From the NCBI GenBank assembly GCA_022840825.1, contig JALHDB010000001.1:211763-275762 (forward strand): 64,000 bases of DNA, read 5' to 3'. Position 1 is the stretch's first letter; every line of letters begins with the position of its first letter. A program made the position numbers and the translations under genes. The notes below the pieces were generated by a model that saw nothing but the letters and a program-made list of their open reading frames with translations, searched no databases and was not told the origin of the DNA. Positions 7,813-17,859 of the stretch are shown one piece after another. This DNA is from Negativicutes bacterium. GTDB lineage: Bacteria > Bacillota > Negativicutes > JALHDB01.

Positions 7813-9456
7813 TTATAGGTGATCCTCCGCAACTGTTTTGTGAGCTATGCTGGCAGCATGATCGCCTATGCGTTCAAGATTGCTGGCTATATCGACAAAA
7901 AGGATTCCCGCATCACTGGTGCAGACTCTTTCATTCATTCGCTTAATGTGAGTATTACGCAAATCACGTTCCATTTGGTCAATAATCTTTTCTTTTTCAA
8001 AAACCGTTGAGGCCAGTTCTACATTATTAGTAAAGAAAGCTTGAAGCGCTTTTTTAAATGTTTCGTTAGTTAATTCGAACATTTCGTTCAATTCAATGAT
8101 CGCCTCATCGGAGAACGATACATTGTTTATTGTCCGATCCTCAAGTAACTCAACAATGTTTTCCATATGATCTCCTACACGCTCAATATCACGAATAGTA
8201 TCCATAAGTTGATTGTGTTCTTTTGATTCATAAGGGCTAAGCGATTTGGTGGATATAGTCACTAAATATTCAGTAATTACTTTATCCAGTTGATTAATTG
8301 CTTGTTCGTACTGAAGAGCAAGTGAAGCATGCTTCTGTTCTTTGTTATTTAAAAACAGAAACGCTTCATTAACAGCATCTGCAGCAAATTCGCCCATGCG
8401 TTTTACCTCATTTTTTGCTTGTCCTAAAGCAATGTTTGGGGATTGTTCGATTACGGTAGTACTTAAATGTTGTAATTGTATATTAAGCAGTCTATCTTCT
8501 CCGGGAATTATTTTGGTTACAAGCCAAGCAATTGCAGCAATAAACGGAAATTGAATAATCGTATTGGTTACATTAAAAATGCCGTGAGCAAACGCAATCG
8601 TCATCTCAGGATTTAAGTTCAAGGATGACTGCAAATATGCAATAAAATTGGTAAATGGCCCTAAGACAAGTAAAAAAATAACCGTTCCGAGTAGATTGAA
8701 CAATACGTGAACAACTGCTACTCTTTTTGCCGAAATCGAAGTGCCGATTGCGGCTAAAATAGCAGTAATTGTCGTTCCAATATTATCTCCAAACAATACA
8801 GGTAGTGCTGCACGCAGGTTAAGAGCACCCTGCGCAAATAACTCTTGCAGTATTCCAATGGTTGCGCTAGAACTCTGAACAATAATTGTGAATATAGTAC
8901 CTACAAGCACACTAAGTATTGCATTATCACTCATACTAACTGTAATTTGTTGAAATTCATCTAAAGAACGAAGGGGTTTCATTCCTGAACTCATTAGTTC
9001 TAAGCCGAAGAATAATGTGCCAAAGCCAAATATAATTTGGCCGAGGGCATTTATTTTTTTGCTCTTGAAGAAAAATAGCAAGATGGAGCCGGTCGCAATG
9101 ATTGGTAAAGCATATTCACCGATATCAATCCCGATAATGAAGGATGTAACAGTTGTTCCGATGTTTGCTCCCATAATGACGCCAATAGCTTGATGAAACG
9201 TCATGAATCCCGCACTCACTAATGCTACAGTCAGTGCAGTTGTGCCAGAACTTGATTGAATTAAGGCCGTAATAAAAATTCCTGCTAATACTCCCATAAA
9301 GGGATTTGTTGTAAAGCGGTCTAAGATGGCTCTTAATCTTCCACCGGCCGCAGCCTTAAGACCTTCCCCCATATATTTAATGCCAAATAAAAAGATACCG
9401 AGGCCGCCAACGAACTCAAATATCATGGTCTGTAGATCAAAGTTCAACACGAGCAA
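7813..9456 (-). CDS. Na/Pi cotransporter family protein with C-terminal PhoU-like domains
   Basis: N-terminal Na/Pi cotransporter repeats (QSSSGTTALTV, GANIGTT). C-terminal PhoU-like helical domain. Confidence 0.9.
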   Translation of the reverse strand: MLVLNFDLQTMIFEFVGGLGIFLFGIKYMGEGLKAAAGGRLRAILDRFTTNPFMGVLAGIFITALIQSSSGTTALTVALVSAGFMTFHQAIGVIMGANIGTTVTSFIIGIDIGEYALPIIATGSILLFFFKSKKINALGQIIFGFGTLFFGLELMSSGMKPLRSLDEFQQITVSMSDNAILSVLVGTIFTIIVQSSSATIGILQELFAQGALNLRAALPVLFGDNIGTTITAILAAIGTSISAKRVAVVHVLFNLLGTVIFLLVLGPFTNFIAYLQSSLNLNPEMTIAFAHGIFNVTNTIIQFPFIAAIAWLVTKIIPGEDRLLNIQLQHLSTTVIEQSPNIALGQAKNEVKRMGEFAADAVNEAFLFLNNKEQKHASLALQYEQAINQLDKVITEYLVTISTKSLSPYESKEHNQLMDTIRDIERVGDHMENIVELLEDRTINNVSFSDEAIIELNEMFELTNETFKKALQAFFTNNVELASTVFEKEKIIDQMERDLRNTHIKRMNERVCTSDAGILFVDIASNLERIGDHAASIAHKTVAEDHL

Positions 9457-9549
9457 CTCCTTTAGATTTATCCAGATGATGATAGTAGGGTAATAATCTT
9501 TCCTGCATCGGAAAACATGCCGGTAGATGATGCTGGTTATGTTAAGCGG

Positions 9550-9810
9550 CTAGTCTAGATCATCCATACCATAGGTGTTATTTCGATTATGGTTTCGGAT
9601 GAAATTTTCTTTGCTAGTTGCTTCTTGGGTAGCTGGTGATTTATTTACTTCAATACTGGGGATAGTACCCGGAACAGGTTGGGATTTATCTATACCTTTC
9701 ATCCACGGCGCGAGTAATATATAGCTCGTGACAGCCCCTGCAATCAAAACAATAGCTAGAATTACACCAAGCCACTTATGAAGTTTAGAAATTTGTTGAT
9801 AATATTTCAC
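9550..9810 (-). CDS. small single-TM membrane protein (86 aa)
   Basis: GTG start with a GGAGG RBS 6 nt upstream. One TM helix. Confidence 0.45.
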   Translation of the reverse strand: MKYYQQISKLHKWLGVILAIVLIAGAVTSYILLAPWMKGIDKSQPVPGTIPSIEVNKSPATQEATSKENFIRNHNRNNTYGMDDLD

Positions 9811-10053
9811 TTTATGCCTCCAAATTTAAGATGGTTTAAGCTAATATTCGCGGTTAGTCTAGTTTATCCAATTTTGCAGATTAGTTTACCAAAAATGAAA
9901 TTGAACTTTTACGATATTGCAGAACTTGTTGGTATTGCCTTTGTTATAATAGGATGAGCTACCTGGGGATGAGGAGAAAAGTGGTTGGAATTTATGCTAA
10001 GTTTAAGGGCAGTCCATATAGATTGATCGCATACAAATAATAGAGGTGATTCA

Positions 10054-10245
10054 ATGGAACAGAAATATGATGCTACTTACCATTTTGGTAAGGTCGTTGT
10101 TCACGTTGTAGCTCCTCCGCCAATGACCGAAGAAAAGAAACAAAAAATTCTTGCAGAGTTTTATAAACACGCATGGACTGCTTGGAACGATCTGCCTGTC
10201 GAACAGAGACTAAAAATTAACGCACAGTATGCTAAGGACGAATAG
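10054..10245 (+). CDS. hypothetical small protein (63 aa)
   Basis: AGAGGTGA RBS. Followed by a strong terminator. Confidence 0.4.
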   Translation: MEQKYDATYHFGKVVVHVVAPPPMTEEKKQKILAEFYKHAWTAWNDLPVEQRLKINAQYAKDE

Positions 10246-10252
10246 ATTACCT

Positions 10253-10306
10253 AAAATACAAAAGAGAATTACCCAGCTGCGGTGGGAAATTCTCTTTTGT
10301 ATTTTA
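10253..10306. terminator. bidirectional rho-independent terminator
   Basis: 18-nt perfect arms aaaatacaaaagagaatt / aattctcttttgtatttt with flanking A/T runs. Confidence 0.65.
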
Positions 10307-10612
10307 CGGATTTAAGAGAGTGAAAAGTAAAATTATAATTGATGAAAAATTGGATAACATTGGTTGATAAGTCAATTATGATCAGCGAAATACAAGAATA
10401 AGTAAAAAGGTGAAAACAACGCCATATATACCATTTATAATTATGAAAACATATAATATACATCCTTAGGAGTATAAAATTGCTACAAGCGATTAGATGC
10501 ATAAGTTAATACACCGTTAGTTCATTCTCTAGACGGAAGTGATGTAGTGATTAACCAATTATAATATATATGATAGTATTTTTATTTCGTAAATATTGTA
10601 ACTGGAGGATAG

Positions 10613-11257
10613 GTGATGAAAATATTAGTTATTGGCGACAGCTATGGACTCCCTCGCTGGCACCAATATATTGACAGGGTCGAACTTTACTATAAAGACA
10701 CGTATCCGGAATGCTTGCGAAGTATACTACTGGACCGCTATCATGAGGATATTTTACTAGTGAATCATTGCCGGCATGTCAATGTGTCCCTTGCCTTGTT
10801 ACGGGGAGAAGCTAATGATGTATATTTTTTAGAACCTGATTTTGTCGTTGTTCAGCTAGGTCTAGTTGATCTTTGGCCGGTTTATGGTCGTAATATAGTC
10901 CCGCCTTTTGCGGATTTGGCAGGTAAAGACCCGTGGGTAGATTTGGAACAATACCGTGAAAATCTAGAACGGTTTATAAAGTTTTGTTCAAGCAGAGATG
11001 AGCTTAAAGGGATTGTACTTGTTAATATACCTAAGGTAAGTGAGGAGCAGTATCAGCGATATCCTGCAAGTCATACTAGAACAATAAGCTACAATAAAAT
11101 TTTGACAACGTTGGCCCGATTCCCAGTTGCCTTGGTTGATGCCTACTCCTTAGTGGAAGAATTAGGGCAGGCTGCAATTGGTAGTGATGGTATACATCCT
11201 ACCGCCTTGATGTCCCACAAACTGGCGGATCGCATTGCCAATACTATAAAAATTTAA
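10613..11257 (+). CDS. SGNH/GDSL-type hydrolase
   Basis: Block I GDSYG near the N-terminus, block III GEANDV, block V DGIHP. Confidence 0.65.
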   Translation: MMKILVIGDSYGLPRWHQYIDRVELYYKDTYPECLRSILLDRYHEDILLVNHCRHVNVSLALLRGEANDVYFLEPDFVVVQLGLVDLWPVYGRNIVPPFADLAGKDPWVDLEQYRENLERFIKFCSSRDELKGIVLVNIPKVSEEQYQRYPASHTRTISYNKILTTLARFPVALVDAYSLVEELGQAAIGSDGIHPTALMSHKLADRIANTIKI

Positions 11258-11281
11258 AAATAATAATTTGGGGGTAAAAAC

Positions 11282-11836
11282 ATGAAAGGTCAGATTGTAA
11301 AAAGTGAATTGATCGAACAGATTATTAAGTTGGAAGAGGAAATGTTTTTAGCGGTGAGATCTATGGAATCTGCACCTTGCCAGCAAATGATCGGAACTTT
11401 CAGGGCTATGCGGAATATGAGCCATTCAGTATTAAGTGAGGAAACACTGAAATCATATTTTAATGATCTCGTGCAAGCCAAAGAGGTAGGACGCAATCTT
11501 ATGACGGAAAAGTATGCGCGAATGGATAACTTGATACCTCCGTTGAGTACCAACCCATTGATTGTTAAAATTGTCGATATTGAGATGGAGTGGATGCAAC
11601 AGCTTCAGACAAAATACCCGCATGCTATTAAGGAAAAAGGCGGATTCGATAATTATATGAGAAGTGAATTAGAAACTTATTCTGATAATACTCTTCAATT
11701 TTATTATCGAGATATAATAACAGCAAAAGCAGATGAAGTTAATTTTGTCGAGCAGAGATACAAGAACCTGTACTTGGGTTTAGGATTTAGATCTCTTGAT
11801 GAGGTTGAAGAAACGGCACGTAAAAATAGCAAATAA
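11282..11836 (+). CDS. hypothetical protein (184 aa)
   Basis: Good RBS, 24 nt after the upstream hydrolase gene. No recognisable family. Confidence 0.5.
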   Translation: MKGQIVKSELIEQIIKLEEEMFLAVRSMESAPCQQMIGTFRAMRNMSHSVLSEETLKSYFNDLVQAKEVGRNLMTEKYARMDNLIPPLSTNPLIVKIVDIEMEWMQQLQTKYPHAIKEKGGFDNYMRSELETYSDNTLQFYYRDIITAKADEVNFVEQRYKNLYLGLGFRSLDEVEETARKNSK

Positions 11837-11870
11837 GTACTTTGGGAATTAACGGATGAGTAAGTCAGAC

Positions 11871-12083
11871 CTATAGAACAGTATGATCAAAGCTTTTAAG
11901 TCTTGTTTGCCGTTTTAACGCGGTGGGAAAGACTTCTATAAGCATAATTATTGAGACTAAGATAACTGTGATTTCAAATGCGATGGCAAAGGCTATCACG
12001 GTATAGCGGGCCAAGGAAGAATTTATTAGAATTCCGAATAGCGTCGATAGAGAAATTAAGATAATGTAAATCCATTTAGTCAT
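11871..12083 (-). CDS. small two-TM membrane protein (70 aa)
   Basis: Hydrophobic ORF with GGAG-like RBS. Weak support. Confidence 0.35.
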   Translation of the reverse strand: MTKWIYIILISLSTLFGILINSSLARYTVIAFAIAFEITVILVSIIMLIEVFPTALKRQTRLKSFDHTVL

Positions 12084-12302
12084 ATAACCATCTCCTGATG
12101 ATTTATCTGGCTTTTAAATGAAAGATCTAGCAAAGCCACCTTATGCCAAGGTGGTTTATTTATTATGTTTAAAAACTATAGCAATTTTTCAAGCTATTGA
12201 CTCACCAAAAGATTGCTTAGCTCATAGTCTAAAGTAGCTACCTTTTGATGTTAGCCTTGTTGAACATTTAAATCTAGGGGTGATTACGAAACAGCCAAAA
12301 GG

Positions 12303-13586
12303 GTGATGTTGATGAAAGAAAGCGAACTCTCACATAATTTATCATTGCAGCCTTTACCTGAAGCTGCGGAATTGAAGCAAAAAGCAAAGGGTCTTTTCAA
12401 GTACATCGGCCCGGCTTTCATTGTAAGTGTGGCATATATGGATCCTGGTAATTTCGGTACGAATATTGCTGGAGGTTCGAAATTTGCCTACAATCTAATT
12501 TGGGTTATTCTATGGAGTAATTTAATGGCAATTTTCATTCAAATTCTTTCGGCAAAATTGGGAATTGCTACCGGCGTTCATTTGCCTGATCATTGTGGAA
12601 AGGTTTTTTCACGGCCCGTTAACTGGTGCTTGTGGTCAATAGCTACCGTGGCGGCGATGGCTACAGACCTTGCAGAATTTCTTGGGGGGGTATTGGGTTT
12701 CTACCTTCTATTCGGAATACCACTGGTGTGGGCTGCTTTACTCACAGGAGTGATTACCTTCGGGATTTGCCATATGCAAAAGTATGGACAGCAGATTGTT
12801 GAACGCATAATCACAGTCATGGTAGCGATCATTAGTATTGCCTATGTGTGGGAAATGTTTGTTGCCAAGCCGGAATGGAATAAAGTTGCTTATCATACTA
12901 TAGTTCCTATACTTACTTCTGATAGTGTATTAGTGGCGGTGGGCATGTTGGGAGCAACCGTAATGCCCCATGTCATCTACCTGCATTCTCATCTGGTTCA
13001 GTCAAGACGTACTGAATGTATTGAAGACTGTAAACACCACTTAAAGATGGCTAAAATTGATGTATTCGTGGCTATGAACATGGCATTTATCGTAAACGCA
13101 GCCATGGTAATTGTAGCTGCTGCAGTATTTAACGGTAATGGTCTTGATGTCGATAGTATCGAGGCCGCGTATATGACGTTGCAGCCATTAATGGGTAATA
13201 TGGCTGCCGGAGCCTTTGGCTTGGCGTTGTTGGCTTCCGGGTTATCATCATCTACTGTTGGTACGATGGCTGGAGAAGTAATTTTGGGGGGATTTGTCGG
13301 CTTTGATATACCTGCAAGTATAAGACGCTTAATCACAATGATTCCAGGCTTAGCAATTTTAATTGCAGGCGTGAACCCAATGGAGGCTTTAGTTTACAGC
13401 CAAGTGTCATTAAGCTTCGCTTTACCTGCAGCGATTATTCCATTAATGATTGTTACTAACAAAGCAAATGTTATGGGTAAGTTCAAAAACGGTCTACTCA
13501 CGAATTGTATCGGTTGGATTATAGTTAGTATGATTATCGCTTTGAATACTGTTTTGTTGTACCTTACTTTTACTGGGCAAGGTTAA
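12303..13586 (+). CDS. mntH: NRAMP family divalent metal (Mn2+/Fe2+) transporter
   Basis: MDPGNFGTNIAGG and MPHVIYLHS Nramp signatures. 11-TM. Confidence 0.9.
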   Translation: MMLMKESELSHNLSLQPLPEAAELKQKAKGLFKYIGPAFIVSVAYMDPGNFGTNIAGGSKFAYNLIWVILWSNLMAIFIQILSAKLGIATGVHLPDHCGKVFSRPVNWCLWSIATVAAMATDLAEFLGGVLGFYLLFGIPLVWAALLTGVITFGICHMQKYGQQIVERIITVMVAIISIAYVWEMFVAKPEWNKVAYHTIVPILTSDSVLVAVGMLGATVMPHVIYLHSHLVQSRRTECIEDCKHHLKMAKIDVFVAMNMAFIVNAAMVIVAAAVFNGNGLDVDSIEAAYMTLQPLMGNMAAGAFGLALLASGLSSSTVGTMAGEVILGGFVGFDIPASIRRLITMIPGLAILIAGVNPMEALVYSQVSLSFALPAAIIPLMIVTNKANVMGKFKNGLLTNCIGWIIVSMIIALNTVLLYLTFTGQG

Positions 13587-13600
13587 GTTTTGGACTTCTG

Positions 13601-13642
13601 CAAGGTTTGTAGAATTGTTATCTACAAACCTTGTGAATTTTC
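13601..13642 (+). terminator. rho-independent terminator (mntH)
   Basis: 13-nt arms caaggtttgtaga / tctacaaaccttg followed by a T-rich tract. Confidence 0.6.
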
Positions 13643-13660
13643 TGGGAAGAAAAATTAGAA

Positions 13661-13700
13661 GAGACCTTTATTTCCAGTAGTAGGTGGAAATAAAGGTCTC
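13661..13700 (-). terminator. terminator-like hairpin for the minus-strand gene 13925..14194
   Basis: 15-nt perfect arms gagacctttatttcc / ggaaataaaggtctc with an A-run on the plus side (U-run on the minus transcript). Confidence 0.5.
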
Positions 13701-13924
13701 GCTATAGCAGGCGTACTGCCAGTAGAACCGGGCTTTCGCCAGTGTGTCGATTCTACTCACGGATTATTGTCCGTTAGCTACTCCCCTTTACGGGATAACT
13801 GTTTGATGTATTTTATGAAACGAATCACTTTAATGACACATATTTCTGCAAAAATTTGATGGATTGCTTTTTCTTTGCCACTTCTTCGCCAGACTATTTG
13901 CAGTTTTTAAAATTATGATTTAAA

Positions 13925-14194
13925 CTAAAAAGTGCGGTTTCTGATCCATTCCCAAGCTTTGTCGGTCAGCCAGCCATTATAATCTTTCGTTACTCGGATA
14001 ACCAATAATGTATCGTCGGTATCAATATGAGGCTTAAGTTTGTTGAATATTGCAGCAGCATCTTCCTGAGTATCGATTAACCATGACGAAGTTAATTGGT
14101 GCCACCAAGTCTCATATGACTTTATGGCGCCATATAATTCTTCGTAGTTTTTATCTTTTTTGTTTAAGTCATAACTAATCATATAAACAGCCAA
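13925..14194 (-). CDS. hypothetical Trp-rich small protein (89 aa)
   Basis: GGAAAGGA RBS. Predicted beta-alpha-beta-beta-alpha-beta pattern. Confidence 0.5.
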   Translation of the reverse strand: MAVYMISYDLNKKDKNYEELYGAIKSYETWWHQLTSSWLIDTQEDAAAIFNKLKPHIDTDDTLLVIRVTKDYNGWLTDKAWEWIRNRTF

Positions 14195-14420
14195 AATATC
14201 ACGTCCTTTCTATGACGGATTTCGACCTGACAAAGATATTTCCTGTAATCGATTAGCAAAAATGGTTGAAATAATTATCGGAAACGAGCAGTACTAACAA
14301 GGAAAAAATGTAGCCTGCTCATTTAGGCTGTACTCGATCATACATAAAGTCGGGTAGATAAACAGAACAATAGAAAAGGAAAGAACGGGGCAGTTTCAAA
14401 ATTGGGGTGGTAGAATAATA

Positions 14421-15326
14421 ATGAATGAAGAAGTTAGAAACAAAAGAGCAAAAGAAGTAACTTGGGCCGGTTTTTGGCTAAACATAGTTTTAACGGTACT
14501 CAAGATTTTCGCCGGCATTCAGGGGAAAAGTGCGGCAATGCTTGCGGATGGAATACATTCATTGTCGGATTTTATTACGGATATCGTTATTTTGATTGGA
14601 TTTCAGTTTACGGCAAAACCAGCAGATGAAAGCCATAACTACGGTCATGGTAAATTTGAGACATTTGCAACAGTAATTATCGGATTAGCGTTAATATTTG
14701 CCGGCTACGGTATTTTTAAGTCAGGTGCGCAGAATATATATGCGGTTTTTGTGCAAGGCGTTACATTGGAAAAGCCTGGTATGATTTCGCTTGTAGCAGC
14801 GGTCATATCAATTGTTGGAAAGGAATGGCTATTTAGATACACGAGAAACGTTGGTATAGAAATAAACTCACCGGCTGTCATCGCTAATGGCTGGCATCAT
14901 CGCTCAGATGTTTTTTCTTCTTTTGGGACCTTAATTGGTATTGGTGGTGCAATTTTTCTAGGATCTAATTGGACAATTCTCGACCCGATCGCATCTATTG
15001 TGGTTAGCTTTTTCATTTTTAAGGTGGCTTTAGAAATATTGGCTCCAGCCTTTAGTGAATTAATGGAGACATCTTTAGGAGCGGATGACATTGATTTTAT
15101 TGAATCGACGATAGCGCAGCATCCTGAGGTAGTAAGTTCGCATAAACTTCGTACCCGCCGAATTGGTTCTAAAGCTGCTATCGAAGTGCATATCGAAGTT
15201 GATCCTAATTTGACCGTAAAGATTGCCCATATGATAGCGACCGAAATTGAAATGACGCTGCATGAGCATTTTGGTGAAGCAGTGTTTATAACTACTCACA
15301 TTGAACCTGCTCCCGACAGAGTATGA
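14421..15326 (+). CDS. cation diffusion facilitator (CDF) family metal efflux transporter
   Basis: CDF N-terminal TM motifs (LADGIHSLSDF, HGHGKFE). C-terminal cytoplasmic domain. Confidence 0.9.
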   Translation: MNEEVRNKRAKEVTWAGFWLNIVLTVLKIFAGIQGKSAAMLADGIHSLSDFITDIVILIGFQFTAKPADESHNYGHGKFETFATVIIGLALIFAGYGIFKSGAQNIYAVFVQGVTLEKPGMISLVAAVISIVGKEWLFRYTRNVGIEINSPAVIANGWHHRSDVFSSFGTLIGIGGAIFLGSNWTILDPIASIVVSFFIFKVALEILAPAFSELMETSLGADDIDFIESTIAQHPEVVSSHKLRTRRIGSKAAIEVHIEVDPNLTVKIAHMIATEIEMTLHEHFGEAVFITTHIEPAPDRV

Positions 15327-15554
15327 CGAATAAGACAGACGTCTCTTTTGATGACAAGTTGATGACAAGGGGACGTTCCTTTTTTGTCATAGAATAGTTA
15401 AAATGACTAAGTAGAAGCAACAGGTTATTGCAGGATTTTCAGAGCTTTATGGGAATATATGGTTTACAAGTATTATGTCGGCTGCGGCTGAGATGGGATG
15501 TTGTGAAGTATTGCGGTATGGTGGTCATTTGTTACTAAGAAAGGAGAATATATT

Positions 15555-16235
15555 ATGATTTCAAGTAATGAGATCAAGGCTAGGGTGATCCAGTTAGGGG
15601 CAGATATTTGCGGATTTGCTGGCGTGGATCGTTTTGTTGATGCACCCCAAGGATTTCATCCTAAGGATATTATGAAGGAATGTAAAACAGTTATTGTATT
15701 TGCTGCCCGTTTTCCTGCTAATACACTTTCAGCGTCTACCCAATCACCATATACCTTTGTTCGTCACAAAATGGTTGATAAACTGGATACCATTACTTTT
15801 CAGCTTACTTCGGAACTGGAATCGGCAGGTGTCGGCGCAATTCCTATACCGTCTTCCGAACCTTATGATTACTGGGACAGTGAGCGACGGCACGGTCAGG
15901 GAATTTTATCATTGAAGCATGCCGCAGTACGAGCCGGCTTAGGAAAAATGGGAAAGAATACGCTTTTGATTAACGAACACTTTGGTAATATGCTTTGGCT
16001 GGGAGCTGTACTGACAGATTTAGAACTGGAATCGGATCATATGGCCGATTATGAGGCTTGTATTCCCGGTTGTCAGCTTTGTATTGATTCTTGTCCAGGG
16101 CAAGCCCTCGATGGTACCACGATTATTCAGCAGGCCTGTCGTAGTCATTCTACTAAATTTACCGAAGGTGGCGGAGTAGTACTGTTATGCAACCTGTGCC
16201 GCAAAATATGTCCGCGCCGACAAGGTATCAGATAA
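15555..16235 (+). CDS. 4Fe-4S dicluster domain protein (epoxyqueuosine-reductase-like N-terminal fold)
   Basis: Two CxxCxxCxxxCP motifs (CIPGCQLCIDSCP, CNLCRKICP). Confidence 0.6.
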   Translation: MISSNEIKARVIQLGADICGFAGVDRFVDAPQGFHPKDIMKECKTVIVFAARFPANTLSASTQSPYTFVRHKMVDKLDTITFQLTSELESAGVGAIPIPSSEPYDYWDSERRHGQGILSLKHAAVRAGLGKMGKNTLLINEHFGNMLWLGAVLTDLELESDHMADYEACIPGCQLCIDSCPGQALDGTTIIQQACRSHSTKFTEGGGVVLLCNLCRKICPRRQGIR

Positions 16236-17745
16236 TTGGAATTGATGAACCAGCGGGGTAAACTGTCTTGCTTTTTTTATTTAGGGAATGTTTGATAACC
16301 ATTGCCAGTCTTTTGATACCTTCCACAAGTAATTCTTCTTCGTGGGTTGCAAAACAAAGGCGAAATTGGTTGGTAGGTGCCGGAGCTTGATAAAAGGCTT
16401 CTCCAGGTACGAAAGTTATACCTTTAGTTACTGCTTCGTGAAGCAACAGATGGGATGAATGTTCGGATTGCAGCGTACACCAGAAATAAAAACCGCCTTG
16501 TGGTAAGCTGAAATGAAGAAGTTCCCGGCAATAGTGATTTAATGCTTGGGCCATAGTGTCGCGCCGTTGTTTATATATTTTGCGGATTTTCGTCAAGTGG
16601 TCCGGCAAATAATTATATTGTAAATACCGGTAAATTAATATTTGGGCTAAATTGTTGCTATGCAAATCAATATATTGTTTTTCCAAGGCTAAGCGCTGAA
16701 TGACTTCGGTAGGTGCTATAAGCCATCCGGTACGCAGGCCGGGAAACAGCATCTTGGAGAACGTACCGATGTACAGGACATTGCCGTACTGATCGGCAGT
16801 TTTGAGTGGCTGCGGCGGTTGGTTATCGTAATATAAGTGGCCGTAAGGGTCATCTTCAATAATGATAAGTCTGTAGCGGGCTGCTAATTCTAGTAAATCC
16901 CGGCGTTCCTGCCATGAGAGACAACGACCGGTTGGGTTTTGAAAAGTAGGGATAATGTAAAATAGTTTGGGGCGATAGCGAATAAGATAATCTTTAATTA
17001 AATTTAAATCCAGTGGACTGGATACCGGAACTTTCAGTAGCCGTGCTCCTGCAGCTTGAAAAATCTGAAGCGCTCCGATGTAGGTCGGCGATTCAACGAT
17101 TGCATAATCTCCGGGTTCCAATAAAATTTTGCTAAGTAAATATAGACCTTGCTGGGAACCGGAAAGTACGATGGTATTTTCCGGTTCAGTGATGATATTT
17201 TGCTCCAGCATCAAGTCTTTAATTGCGCAGCGCAGCGGCATATATCCTTCTGTCGCAATATAGCCAAAATCTGTAGCAGCGGTATGGATATCTACCGTCG
17301 CATAAAGTTGTTGAAAAATGTCCAGCGGATAATGGGCAGGATCTGGTTTTCCCGCTGCCAATGAAATACATTCACCAGATGATGGTGCGGCAATCATATC
17401 TTTTAGGATAGAGGACATTGATGTTTGAATGTATGGGTTGAATAGTTGAGACCAAGGAATACGGACGGTATTGGGTTGAGTTGTCTGACTGGCCGCGACA
17501 TATGTACCGCTGCCAGCTTTAGTTTCTACCAGACCTTGTTTTTCTAACTGACGATAGACATTGATTGCCGTAGTACGACTTACCGCAAGCAATGCCGCCA
17601 ATTCTCTTTCCGGAGGTAGTTTGCTTTTTGGAGGTAAGTTTCCCTGAATGATCATATCTGTAATGTAATTTGCAATTTGAATATAAAGTGGTACCGGTGA
17701 GTTAAATTCCAATTTGCATAGTTTAACCATTTTGGATGTATCCAT
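16228..17745 (-). CDS. MocR/GabR-family transcriptional regulator (GntR HTH + class I aminotransferase-like PLP domain)
   Basis: N-terminal GntR-type HTH (LPPERELAALLAVSRTTAINVYRQL). ~400-aa aminotransferase fold domain. Confidence 0.9.
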   Translation of the reverse strand: MDTSKMVKLCKLEFNSPVPLYIQIANYITDMIIQGNLPPKSKLPPERELAALLAVSRTTAINVYRQLEKQGLVETKAGSGTYVAASQTTQPNTVRIPWSQLFNPYIQTSMSSILKDMIAAPSSGECISLAAGKPDPAHYPLDIFQQLYATVDIHTAATDFGYIATEGYMPLRCAIKDLMLEQNIITEPENTIVLSGSQQGLYLLSKILLEPGDYAIVESPTYIGALQIFQAAGARLLKVPVSSPLDLNLIKDYLIRYRPKLFYIIPTFQNPTGRCLSWQERRDLLELAARYRLIIIEDDPYGHLYYDNQPPQPLKTADQYGNVLYIGTFSKMLFPGLRTGWLIAPTEVIQRLALEKQYIDLHSNNLAQILIYRYLQYNYLPDHLTKIRKIYKQRRDTMAQALNHYCRELLHFSLPQGGFYFWCTLQSEHSSHLLLHEAVTKGITFVPGEAFYQAPAPTNQFRLCFATHEEELLVEGIKRLAMVIKHSLNKKSKTVYPAGSSIPII

Positions 17746-17761
17746 TTTTACTCTCCTGTCG

Positions 17762-17806
17762 ATTGGTATCCAATTTTTTTTATTAATTGGGTAATTGGAT
17801 ATTTAC
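17762..17806. promoter_or_regulatory. candidate MocR operator: ATTGG repeats (inverted ATTGG-N3-CCAAT plus two direct AATTGG copies)
   Basis: Sequence gATTGGtatCCAATtttttttattAATTGGgtAATTGGat in the divergent regulator/azlC intergenic region. Confidence 0.4.
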
Positions 17807-17859
17807 GTTTATTTTCCTTCTCGATACTATAATATATATGTTAAAGGAGGTCCGGTTGC

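Noticed and set aside
12085-12302. Mn2+ riboswitch (yybP-ykoY) or MntR box upstream of mntH
   Set aside because: Only a hairpin (ccacctt...aaggtgg) and a short atagc...gctat repeat were seen. No match to the conserved yybP-ykoY core was recognisable.
13925-14194. Possible Cas2-like fold (M..YMISYDL...WHQLTSSWLI...LLVIRV pattern)
   Set aside because: Similarity is only a generic beta-alpha-beta-beta-alpha-beta pattern. No cas1, other cas genes or CRISPR repeats anywhere in the window. Left as a hypothetical protein.
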